Shown piece after piece: positions 18,829-28,300 of a DNA stretch of 64,000 nucleotides. Source of the DNA: an uncultured virus (IMG/VR IMGVR_UViG_3300010002_000006). Taxonomy: Duplodnaviria > Heunggongvirae > Uroviricota > Caudoviricetes. The position numbers and the translations under genes were made by a program. Each line of letters starts with the position of its first letter. The first letter of the stretch is position 1. Under the pieces are notes generated by a model. It was not told where the DNA came from. It did not search any database and was given only the letters and a program-made list of their open reading frames with translations. The stretch is from positions 186,001 to 250,000 of the IMG/VR virus record IMGVR_UViG_3300010002_000006. One strand, written 5' to 3'.

Positions 18829-19768
18829 TTTGTTTTTCCAAATAGATGATCACTGCATCAATAAAATATTTAAGGGTATCAAGGTTAGAGCCCTCAACTA
18901 CAAAGCTGACCTTGGAGTTCATGCAGGAGAGATCACTGCTGATGATAATACTGGTGCCTCGGTACTCACGAATCATCGAGATATAGATATTATATTTACC
19001 CAACACCGGATGATCAGCAAACAGGCGCTCTGTATGCGACTTAGAACCGTCCTTTACCTTTTCGACTACACTGGTGAGTCCCTGAGAGAACGTACTCAGG
19101 AAATGCTTCCACTGCACGCCACGGGCATGACCTTCATTTAAGTGAACCTGCAACTGACCATACTGCAGTGTGAGTTCACCGCCTTCACCATTGGTAGACT
19201 GTTTGTACCGCAAGAAGGAGGGAACTTGGCCGTAACTCAGATCACCGTGATGTGTCACCAATAACATGGTCTCTTGAGTAACGCCATCACAGAAACGACT
19301 CTCATTAAATAACGGATACTCCTCCCCCTCCTTTTCAAGGAAAGCGGTCAACACTTTGATGATGGCGCGGACAAAGTCACCGGCTCTGCGTTTCTCTGGA
19401 TTACGATAACGTTCACCGCTCTCCATGAACCAGATCTGTTGATCACTGACGCGCACCGATCCAATTGACAGACGGGTGGTTACTTCAGTTTCTCTTCCCA
19501 GACCCAGCAGACGTTCGACATCGTTAATCAATACGGTGACATCGGCCATGGTCATGAACGGTGTACGCCTACCTTTGTTATAAACAAATTGACACAGCGG
19601 TTCATTCATCCGCGGGTTGTCAAAATTACGGGTAGGATAATAACAGTTCAACAGCAGAAGGTTCTGGGTTGCCACGACATGACTGGTACGTAAAGACGTT
19701 CCATGAAAGATATCCATGTCATCATCTAAGTTTCTGAAACGTTGTGTAAAACTCATAAACGGCTCCAA
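18821..19768 (-). CDS. Hypothetical protein
   Basis: 315 aa; first gene after the promoter-like motif at 19833. Confidence 0.7.
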   Translation of the reverse strand: MEPFMSFTQRFRNLDDDMDIFHGTSLRTSHVVATQNLLLLNCYYPTRNFDNPRMNEPLCQFVYNKGRRTPFMTMADVTVLINDVERLLGLGRETEVTTRLSIGSVRVSDQQIWFMESGERYRNPEKRRAGDFVRAIIKVLTAFLEKEGEEYPLFNESRFCDGVTQETMLLVTHHGDLSYGQVPSFLRYKQSTNGEGGELTLQYGQLQVHLNEGHARGVQWKHFLSTFSQGLTSVVEKVKDGSKSHTERLFADHPVLGKYNIYISMIREYRGTSIIISSDLSCMNSKVSFVVEGSNLDTLKYFIDAVIIYLEKQND

Positions 19769-19832
19769 TCTTTGTCAGCGGTTTGGTGTACTCGCAAACC
19801 AAAATAAATATTATTGTGGAATATACATAATG

Positions 19833-19849
19833 ATAATATCAGCTTGAAA
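19833..19849 (-). promoter_or_regulatory. Putative early promoter
   Basis: Minus strand TTTCAAGCTGATATTAT immediately after a terminator. Confidence 0.6.
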
Positions 19850-19859
19850 ATATATACGA

Positions 19860-19885
19860 GCTAAGAAGGTGTTACCCTTCTTAGC
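19860..19885 (-). terminator. Hairpin terminator
   Basis: GCTAAGAAGG-tgttac-CCTTCTTAGC. Confidence 0.7.
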
Positions 19886-19892
19886 CAGTTAA

Positions 19893-20417
19893 TTAGTAAG
19901 AGATTCCCAATTCCAGATCGAAAGCGATGATGTCTGTAATGTTGAACATGGTCATGCCGCTAACCATGCGTTGCAATGAAATGCTGCGAACGGAGAAATA
20001 GAACGGCGCCGCTTGAACCAGTTCAATCGCTTTCTGATTCAACCAGACGTCACCCCAGATCGCCAACCCGTCTCTGTCATTGATCGCTTCATAACCAACC
20101 AGTGTTCCGGCAACACTGTTGGGATCGACGAATCGAACATCGTCAATTGTTTTCAGGCGTCGAGTGATGGCCGACTGATCAATTTCACCAATGGGGTTGT
20201 TAAGCAGCTTATCCATCTCGGCTTTCATAATGTCCGTGTCGAGATTGAACTGGACAGTGGGTTTGAAAGACGGAACGTTGAAACGCCCTAACAGCACGCG
20301 ATAGACGCCATTGGCGATCGGGTCACCAATCAGACGGTCTTTAGGGATATCCAGTTGGCAATGATGAGGGCTACTTCGACGCGCAGCAATAATATCGGGC
20401 AGGGTATTCAGATCCAT
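19893..20417 (-). CDS. Degenerate paralogue of the prohead protease (probable pseudo-protease)
   Basis: LLGRFNVP, GEIDQ, VDPNSVAG, FSVRS and IIAFDL parallel NAGGFNIP, MEVEHP, YDPEKICG, VSIRT and TGYDWV of 21098..21949. Confidence 0.55.
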   Translation of the reverse strand: MDLNTLPDIIAARRSSPHHCQLDIPKDRLIGDPIANGVYRVLLGRFNVPSFKPTVQFNLDTDIMKAEMDKLLNNPIGEIDQSAITRRLKTIDDVRFVDPNSVAGTLVGYEAINDRDGLAIWGDVWLNQKAIELVQAAPFYFSVRSISLQRMVSGMTMFNITDIIAFDLELGISY

Positions 20418-20426
20418 GATTGACCC

Positions 20427-20975
20427 TTAGTACAGTTTATATCGCTGGGTATCACCGGCCAGGAAATCTTCCAGTGCCTGCTCAGCTTGTTCCAGGGTGA
20501 TCTCGCCCACGCCGTCAGTCTCACCCAGATCCACGTCGTAGGTTTTCTTGATGTAGGTGCGGATGTTCTCAGCGGTGGGTGCAAAAGCAATGGCGACCAG
20601 ATCTTCAGAGACGCCGAACAGATTCACCAGCAGGGTACGGAACAGGTGCTCGTGATCTTTAACACGGTTACCGGCGACGTTCAGAATGATGGTGTCCATC
20701 TTCCAGGTCTGGGTATCAACATCCTGCTGCGACAGCGGGACCATGTCCATGCCGACAATGCTGTTGAGGTATTTGATCAGCTTGTACGCATACAGGTTAA
20801 CCAGCTGATATTTTACTTTGGTACCAGACTGCTCAACAATCGGGCAACGCTTGTCTTCGGTATGCAGCTCTAACCACACATCTTCCATTTCTTTGAATGT
20901 GTTCTTGATGGTGATCCCCTGTAAAGAGAGTTCACGGATTTGAGTAGCCATACGCAGTGTGTTTAAAGTAGACAT
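20427..20975 (-). CDS. Hypothetical protein
   Basis: 182 aa; AAGG RBS; strongly biased codon usage. Confidence 0.75.
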   Translation of the reverse strand: MSTLNTLRMATQIRELSLQGITIKNTFKEMEDVWLELHTEDKRCPIVEQSGTKVKYQLVNLYAYKLIKYLNSIVGMDMVPLSQQDVDTQTWKMDTIILNVAGNRVKDHEHLFRTLLVNLFGVSEDLVAIAFAPTAENIRTYIKKTYDVDLGETDGVGEITLEQAEQALEDFLAGDTQRYKLY

Positions 20976-21064
20976 CTTTTATACCTTGTGAAAGTAACGA
21001 GAAAATTGGTGAACGAAAGATTGTACAGAATATAAAAAATAACCCGACGTTTATTAATGAGAAA

Positions 21065-21092
21065 CCTCTACTCTCCCGAAGGAGAGTAGAGG
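21065..21092 (-). terminator. Hairpin terminator (CTACTC-stem family)
   Basis: CCTCTACTCTCC-cgaa-GGAGAGTAGAGG after the protease gene. Confidence 0.8.
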
Positions 21093-21097
21093 AGTCA

Positions 21098-21949
21098 TTA
21101 GAAGATATCGGTGAAGCTTACTTTGGCGGAAATCTTGTCACCACGCGAGTAGTTACTCTTCATGACATTCAAGACGTCACGATAGTGATCCAGTGCTTCC
21201 ATACCACCCACACGCATCAGGGCGTCGTCGTTGACCATAGGGGCATCAACCACTTCTTCCAGACGATCCAACATATCGGCAACACTAAAGCGACGCATGT
21301 TGTCATTGAGGTGGAAGTTATCCAGGAAGCTTTCACAGCCCGCTGTCATGTGTTTGTTGGCGTGGATCATGCCTGGCTCAGAGACCCAGTCATAACCTGT
21401 CCAGTACTCCACATTCTTCTGCGTCTCACCCGGTTTGAATGGTGAGATTTGGGTGCGGATAGACACAGCGGTATTGTGACGTGGGTTACCCAGTGACTCT
21501 TTGAACTCCGGACCACGGGGACCAAACGGCTCACAACGAATCAGGTTGTGTACCGGAGCCCGTACGTCATTGGGGTTCTCAAAGCGCCACAGCACTTCAC
21601 TGATGAGACCACAGATCTTCTCTGGGTCATAACTGCGCAGACGGTTAATCCACTGCAGCAGATCGGTCATGGGCTTGGCGTACTTAATGCCGTTTTCCAT
21701 AACGTAGAAGTAAGGCTCAGGATGCTCTACTTCCATTTTGCAATATCCCATCTTCACACGACGCTGCAAATCCGAGTTGGCTTTCACCTGTTCTTGCAGA
21801 TACTTGTTAAAGGGATAGCCGATACCGCTGGCATTGGGAATATTAAACCCGCCGGCGTTAAGCAGATAACGGCCATCTGCTTCGGGATGTAAGATCCCCT
21901 TCTTGCCACTGTCAGCAAGAATAATGTTACCTAAGCTGATTTCAGCCAT
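21098..21949 (-). CDS. Prohead maturation serine protease (phiKZ gp175 / SPN3US gp245-like)
   Basis: Start MAEISLG with AGGAG RBS; catalytic-type motifs EVEHP, AVSIRT and YDWVSEPG; C-terminal AGCE and GGME candidate self-cleavage sites. Confidence 0.85.
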   Translation of the reverse strand: MAEISLGNIILADSGKKGILHPEADGRYLLNAGGFNIPNASGIGYPFNKYLQEQVKANSDLQRRVKMGYCKMEVEHPEPYFYVMENGIKYAKPMTDLLQWINRLRSYDPEKICGLISEVLWRFENPNDVRAPVHNLIRCEPFGPRGPEFKESLGNPRHNTAVSIRTQISPFKPGETQKNVEYWTGYDWVSEPGMIHANKHMTAGCESFLDNFHLNDNMRRFSVADMLDRLEEVVDAPMVNDDALMRVGGMEALDHYRDVLNVMKSNYSRGDKISAKVSFTDIF

Positions 21950-22688
21950 TGTTGACTCCTGGTGCAGCCGGTAGGCCACGGATAACTTCTTCCAAACTGG
22001 TGACTTTGGTATCCTGGTTCAAGATCCCGGAGATAATGTTGTCCGCCATGTACCCTGAGGCCAAACGGCTAAAGGTGGAGTTCAACAACTGCCCTGGGTT
22101 ATTGATCCCGATGATGCGGGGCTTAACATTTAAATCCTTGATGGCAGGCGAATACCGGAAAGGAATGTCCAGGTTATTCGGATCCCGCTGTGTCAGTGCA
22201 TACAACACACGCACAGCTTGGTTACACGCCCCCATGGATTTACCTGTGTAAAACTTGGCTTCGTCGTAGACACTCAGCAAATCGGATTCATCAAAGTACC
22301 AGGAGATACGCGCATACTTGGTGAACTCCAGGTAATAGTAGTAACTGATGTTGGCGTCCATAGGAACGGTCAACGACTGAATCACTGTATCACCGGGCTC
22401 AAAGTCCAGCATGTAGTAACGATCGTTCTTGATCGTCTCTTCGTAAATATCCCCAGGCTTTAATGTCACCTTGGTCATGCCACCTAAAAAGGCGTAGCAG
22501 TCCCCGACCACAATCCCAAGCATCAGGATAGAGGTGACGGTATTCGCCACCTCTGCCAGGTTACTCTGCTCAAACCGCTTAGGAAAGCACACAGTGAGTT
22601 TCTTCAACGCCACCAAGCTTCCATCAGGCAAGACACGCAGTGCTGCGAGAACACGTTCACGGTCTCGTTTGAGTTTTTCAATTTCCAT
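21942..22688 (-). CDS. Conserved virion protein (phiKZ gp176 / SPN3US gp244-like, proposed virion RNAP-associated subunit)
   Basis: 248 aa immediately upstream of the protease, matching recalled phiKZ-like gene order. Confidence 0.6.
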   Translation of the reverse strand: MEIEKLKRDRERVLAALRVLPDGSLVALKKLTVCFPKRFEQSNLAEVANTVTSILMLGIVVGDCYAFLGGMTKVTLKPGDIYEETIKNDRYYMLDFEPGDTVIQSLTVPMDANISYYYYLEFTKYARISWYFDESDLLSVYDEAKFYTGKSMGACNQAVRVLYALTQRDPNNLDIPFRYSPAIKDLNVKPRIIGINNPGQLLNSTFSRLASGYMADNIISGILNQDTKVTSLEEVIRGLPAAPGVNNG

Positions 22689-24205
22689 CAGATCGCAATC
22701 AGACGCTTAACAATGACTTTGTCAATCGACAGAGCCAGGATCTTACGCTGCTCTTCTTTGGTGGCTGCCGGAGTCTGGGCATTCAGCACCAGAATCTCTT
22801 CGGCCAACAGGCTGTCAAACACACCGGCCAGCGCTGGGGCTAACCCGCTGTTCATCAGGGAGCCCTGATTACGCAACACCTTATCAATCAGGTCGACGTT
22901 GCCAAAGAACATCTCCAGATCCAGACGACGTTGCAGACGGTTCAACGCACGGTACGCCAGTGGAATGTTATCTTCCATGGTTTCCAGCAGCGGTTTGTAG
23001 TTTTCGTCCAGTGCCAATTGCTCCATCGTGGTGATGAAGGTTTTGCGAGCAATGGTCCCTTTGTTAACAATCAGCGCAGTGCTGACGTCACTCAGGTATT
23101 CACGCCAGGCTTTAACCACGACATCTTTGTCCGTGATAATATCGGCCACACGGTAATCGCGGAAACGGGCGTAGGCGTAGCCCAGCACATATTCGCTCAG
23201 AGAGAGTTCATCAGAGTTGGCAAACATCTCTAACACCGCGTTGTTATAACCCACGGAGATACGACCCTGGATCACTGGTGTTTTACCGGTGATGTCGTCA
23301 GGAGAAGGCGCATACTGCAGCTGGTTATCGACAATCACGATACCGGCACGTGCACGCTGCTCCCAGATGTTTTTGAAATGCCAGAGCATGGTGTTGAACA
23401 GATCACGGGTCATACGCACCGAGGTACGATAATCATCCAGTGAAATACCCGACACACCGTCCAGTGGATCTTCCATCGCGGACAACTTGTTCAGAATCAT
23501 GGATGCGATTACCATGGTACGGAACGAGCTGAAGCGATAGTTCAGCGGAGAGCTGATCGCTGCGACGCCATCTTTGACCGCATCAATGTTGAAGACCTCA
23601 TAGAAGTACTTTTCAACAAAGAGAGAATCATAGACACGTTTGATCTCATCTGGGCTTGACAGGAACGGCTGTACATCCGGCACATCCAGGCTGATCAGTT
23701 CTACCAGATCTGCCCCGCTCATGCTTGGGTAACTACCTTTCAGCAAGCTCTCCAGACGAATCACCGTGGCATCACGGAAGATCCCCGCCGCTTCTTTGGG
23801 ATAGAAGAACGAGTTCAGAAACGCCGGCTCGATGTTTACCATCTCAATAGTTGCTGCACGCATGATGCGCTCAACCGCATTCTCCGCAGAGACGCAAGAA
23901 CGCAACTGGGCTTCTGCTTTTACGATGATCGGTTTGATCACCTTAGAGATGGTCTGCAGCGCACCACGGACTTTGTCGGCTACGATAGTCGTCGTTGCAT
24001 CCATGACTTCAGTGTGATCGATCACTGCTGAGGTATACGCCGGCAGATCCACGGCAATGTTCTCTTCGGTGAAGCTCACGATCGCTGCTGTGGTTTCGTT
24101 CAGACCTTTGATAATGTCAGAGGTCTTTTCATGGAGATTGATCCCCTTCTCGGTTGCCAATGCGGCAATCGGGGTCGCCATTAATACGGTTTGCTGATTA
24201 ATCAT
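22688..24205 (-). CDS. Virion head protein (phiKZ gp177 / SPN3US gp243-like position)
   Basis: Start MINQQ at 24205 with AGGAG RBS; 505 aa; synteny. Confidence 0.6.
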   Translation of the reverse strand: MINQQTVLMATPIAALATEKGINLHEKTSDIIKGLNETTAAIVSFTEENIAVDLPAYTSAVIDHTEVMDATTTIVADKVRGALQTISKVIKPIIVKAEAQLRSCVSAENAVERIMRAATIEMVNIEPAFLNSFFYPKEAAGIFRDATVIRLESLLKGSYPSMSGADLVELISLDVPDVQPFLSSPDEIKRVYDSLFVEKYFYEVFNIDAVKDGVAAISSPLNYRFSSFRTMVIASMILNKLSAMEDPLDGVSGISLDDYRTSVRMTRDLFNTMLWHFKNIWEQRARAGIVIVDNQLQYAPSPDDITGKTPVIQGRISVGYNNAVLEMFANSDELSLSEYVLGYAYARFRDYRVADIITDKDVVVKAWREYLSDVSTALIVNKGTIARKTFITTMEQLALDENYKPLLETMEDNIPLAYRALNRLQRRLDLEMFFGNVDLIDKVLRNQGSLMNSGLAPALAGVFDSLLAEEILVLNAQTPAATKEEQRKILALSIDKVIVKRLIAI

Positions 24206-24374
24206 TGTTAACCGCTCCTGCAATCACTTCTCTAACTGCGCGAGAGGTATTTTCATTTTGAGTATCGGCATCCAGCGGCGCCTGCCACTCGTAACCGATC
24301 TTGGTCTTTACGGTGTTGATGAACGTAAACAGGTTCGCAACCGTAACGATGTTGTCTACTGCAAGCTTAGACAT
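24198..24374 (-). CDS. Small 58 aa protein, not in the ORF track (possible small head protein)
   Basis: AAGGA RBS; MSKLAVDNIVTVANLFTFINTVKTKIGYEWQAPLDADTQNENTSRAVREVIAGAVNND; end overlaps the next start (ATGATTAA). Confidence 0.7.
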   Translation of the reverse strand: MSKLAVDNIVTVANLFTFINTVKTKIGYEWQAPLDADTQNENTSRAVREVIAGAVNND

Positions 24375-24389
24375 GCAATGTTCCTTGAG

Positions 24390-25376
24390 TTAATTAAGAG
24401 CGAAAGCTTTCTTGGTGATCCCGAGCATCTTCACACGATCTGCCATGCCATTGGGTTCACGTTCTTTATCCGGGTAGAACGGTTTAGCTTGTTTTGCCCA
24501 ACCGTTGACATACACCGATACCCAATAGACATCATCTTTATCCGCCGTGGCATTAAGCTTAGGCTTGAGATAGCGCCAGAAATAGCCAGAAGCCAATGCC
24601 GCGTAAAGCGGATTGTTGGCAAGCTGACTGGCCGCTGCACTGGAAGAGGTAATGTCGATTGTCGGGTCATTTAAATGTTGCCGCAAAAACGTTTGGCATT
24701 CCAAATAATTACCCCGACCGGTAATTTGCAACCAGGCACGACCTTTAAACAACTTGCCGTCACCAGGCTGGGTGTTACCTAAATCGGCCCGACCTTCATA
24801 TGCACTGCCGCTGGCCAGCTCTTCGCTGTACTGCAACATCGCGGTTTCATGAAGGATCTGCGCCATGAAATGGGCTTTACGCAAGGGGGTGTTAATCTCA
24901 AAGAGTTCCATTGCCTGATTAAAGCCGGGCAAGCAAACACCAATCTTTCCCCATTGACTGGCAGGAAGCATGGCCTTGAGTTGGTCTTCAGTTAAAAGCT
25001 GGGTCATAACGGTGGCCGCCTGTAAAGGGAGAGTCGATCCGGCATTGGGCTTTTGAGGCGCTTTAGCGTAGGCTGCGGCGAGACGATCAAAAGCACCTTG
25101 AGAACCCGTACCCCATTTACCGTCAATACGCGCAGTGTAGTAGCCCACTTGCGCCATTGCGGTTTGGATAAAGGTGTAGACAGAAAACGCGTCATAGGTG
25201 TTACCTGGGAGAGAGGCGCGGTTAAACGACGGCGCAACCGTGGTTAACATCGCGATAAGGGCGTCTCGGCAACTCCCTCCAAAGAGGCCGTCAATGCGAC
25301 CTCGATAGAGAGAGAAGTTTGCCAGCGTCCGTTGAATTGTCATGATCCTCAATTCATCAGTTACGCTTAAAGCCAT
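24390..25376 (-). CDS. Modular endolysin: two peptidoglycan-binding repeats plus GH19 muramidase (OBPgp279-like architecture)
   Basis: IDGLFGGSCRDAL and IDGKWGTGSQGAF repeats; AHFMAQILHET...EELASGSAYEGRADLGNTQPGDGKLFKGRAWLQITGRGNY. Confidence 0.9.
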   Translation of the reverse strand: MALSVTDELRIMTIQRTLANFSLYRGRIDGLFGGSCRDALIAMLTTVAPSFNRASLPGNTYDAFSVYTFIQTAMAQVGYYTARIDGKWGTGSQGAFDRLAAAYAKAPQKPNAGSTLPLQAATVMTQLLTEDQLKAMLPASQWGKIGVCLPGFNQAMELFEINTPLRKAHFMAQILHETAMLQYSEELASGSAYEGRADLGNTQPGDGKLFKGRAWLQITGRGNYLECQTFLRQHLNDPTIDITSSSAAASQLANNPLYAALASGYFWRYLKPKLNATADKDDVYWVSVYVNGWAKQAKPFYPDKEREPNGMADRVKMLGITKKAFALN

Positions 25377-25377
25377 A

Positions 25378-28300
25378 TCAGTACCTGCCGTATTTAGAGA
25401 TCATCCGAACGGTGTAGACATTGTTGATTTCGTTGGCAACCAACTTGTCACGTAGACTCAGTACCATTCGGTTCAGCAGTGATTTCAGTGAGAAGATAAT
25501 ATCCACAGGACGACCATCCACGGTATACATCGGATGTTCATAGATAAAGCCTACGGTTCCCTTCATCTGGTTCCCCACAACAAACTTATCGGCTGTGGTG
25601 GTTTTGATCTTGTTATCAATATAGATAACAACAACAGCAGTTTCCGGGTAGAGTTTACTTTTACCAATCGAGGTGTTACCCCCAACATCCCCTGTGGCTG
25701 CCGTCAGTTCTTTGTATGCAGCAATCTTGCCACGTACGCCGTCCTGACGCTTGATCAAGCTGCGCAGTGATTCATCCCAACCTTCAGGATCTCCGTTGTA
25801 AGTCACCTCAATCTTGGTGATCACGCCAGACTGTTTAGCTTTAATCTGCTTGATTCCTAAACGGTCCAAGCCTGCGAACTCTTCTGCATCATCGAAATCA
25901 AAGCCCGCTGATTCCGGGTTCTGGATGTCACATAGGATTTGATCGTACTCAACTTCATCCCCTACTTTAACATGCAGTTTCACCGACTGAGCTGCTTCTA
26001 CGGTAAACTCGTTGGGTTTCAAGAACGGAGAGGTGGATTTCTCAGCAAAGTTTTTGGAGATCGCAATGGAGTCTTCAAACGTAAACTGATCTTCCCACAA
26101 GGCAATACGTGCATTGCCACCGCTTCGCCACACCACACGCCGTGGATCAATAGGGTCACGGTCAAAGAACACACGGTCATACGCCAGAATCTCACCGGCC
26201 TCGAATTGGTAGCCCACAGCACGGTCAGTGATCTTCTCGTGTTTGTGGTATTCCCCGGCTCCTTTCCCTACGTCATACCCCAGCGAGAACTTCCCAGTAG
26301 TTCCGTCCTCATATTCCACCGTCATCCCGTACGCACTGATCTCCACAACCTTACCGGCTTTCTTACTCACTGAACTGTACAGCTCAGAAGTACGATATGC
26401 CAACATCGAGTCATAGGTGGTACGCAGTGGGTTCATCTCGTAGTTATCAGCGGCCATTACCTGCGACTGCTGAACGCCTGAGAACATGGTACGTTTGGTA
26501 TCATCCTTGGTGGTTCCGTACAGCAAGTTCATGACTACTGAACCGCGACCCACCGTAGAACCTTTTTGCTTGACATCCACATTACCATAAAGGTCGGTAA
26601 TTTTGGCGTCTGCTGTAAGGTAACCAATGAAGCCCACTTTACCGGAGTCCTTGCCCGCTTCAGAGACGATGCCGGCGTTGTTCGGTAACTGACCACGGGT
26701 ACGACGCACCATCGCCTGATCGCTGCGACCCAGTGTGCCACCAAAGGTGTACTCTTCACCGATCTTCACCTGGTGAACTGGGTTGACCTCTTCAGCGGCC
26801 TGATGCGAGGAGTCTGTGATAATGCTCATCATCACCGCTTCAGGGTTGAGGTCAAAGGTCTTCTTACCGTTGTTCGGCTTGTTACGGTACTGACGAGTAG
26901 CTTTCACCAGTTCACGGTAGACATGACCTGAGAAACGCTCATAGCCAACCAGACGCTGTTCACTGATTTCGATCTCGTGCTTGGATTCGTTACTGAGCAT
27001 CAGCTTCACCGCTTCGACTAATAACTTGTCCATCACCACCGGGTACTTGTACTCTTTTAAGAGACGTGCCGTGATCGGGTCAATAAACATATCAAAGATC
27101 ATACTCATCTCTTTGAAATGCGTGGGTTTCACACGAGGATCCCCTATCAAGCTAAACCAGACGTTCGGGTTGTCCAGATCAGAGCGAGAGAAGTTGTGCA
27201 GGCCATTGAGTTTACGCAACCCTGACATGATCAAGGTAGAGAGTTCATCGCGACGGTTCAACACCATACGTTCATCAGCAAAGTTCACCAGGTACTCATC
27301 AGCAGAAAGCATGGCACGCTGATTGGGATCCAACGTCCGGTAATCCACCTTCAGCATCTTCATGACTTCACTCAAGCCAATCCAATAGCACAACACCACA
27401 ATCACCGGGAACTTATACCCGTTGATGTTAACCGTAGCAGTAGGCACCGGCGCCTTGGCAACGTTGAGTCCCAGGATCTCTTCGATGTATCCCTTCTCGG
27501 CTCCGTCAACGGTCACCAGACCGGCGTTGTCAATCAGGATAGGTGATTCTCCCTGGAAACCAATGAGCCAGCTATCAGCCGTACAGAGCTTGGCCAATGC
27601 ACGGTCACCGTTGACCAGTTTCACCGTATCGAAGTCAAACACATACTCGCCGATGCTGATCTCACTGAAGCGCGCTGCCAGAATGGAGTAGTAGTAGCAA
27701 ACTTCATCCTTGGGTGCTTTGAAACCGCCCAGACTGACTTTGACTGACTTGTCAGCATAAGAGCGTTCAATGATCGATTTGCGTAACCAGGAGGAGTAGT
27801 CATCCACTTTCATGGTTGAGCGTTCCACCATCACCTTTTTATCGTAGTACGAGGTCAAGGAGACTTTGGTTGGCGTGATCTTGCGCACCGGCAATTCCAT
27901 ACGCATCAGCTGGGCATACGAGCGCACGCCATTGATGGTAAAGGTGCCATCTTTCTCAACTTTCGGAATACGGATACGACGGGTAGAGGGACTGCCCTTG
28001 ATCGGCTGGAACTTCATGGTGTAGACGTCATACTTGGAGTCCGCGGTAATAATCGTTTCGCGGTCCAGATGGGTCAAAGCCGTTTTACCGTTCTGCACAT
28101 GGAGAATCATCTCCAGGATGTTACGATCCAGCATACCTGATTCGATATAAGCATCACGCAACTCCTGCGTACGTGAACGCAGTGCAGCCTTGTCACGCAC
28201 TGTGATACTGTCCGGAGAGACCGGGGTATCTTTGAGCTTCATCTCCTCAGGTTTGATGTTGGCAATCTCTTCCAGACTTCGTCCACCAATATCAATCTCA

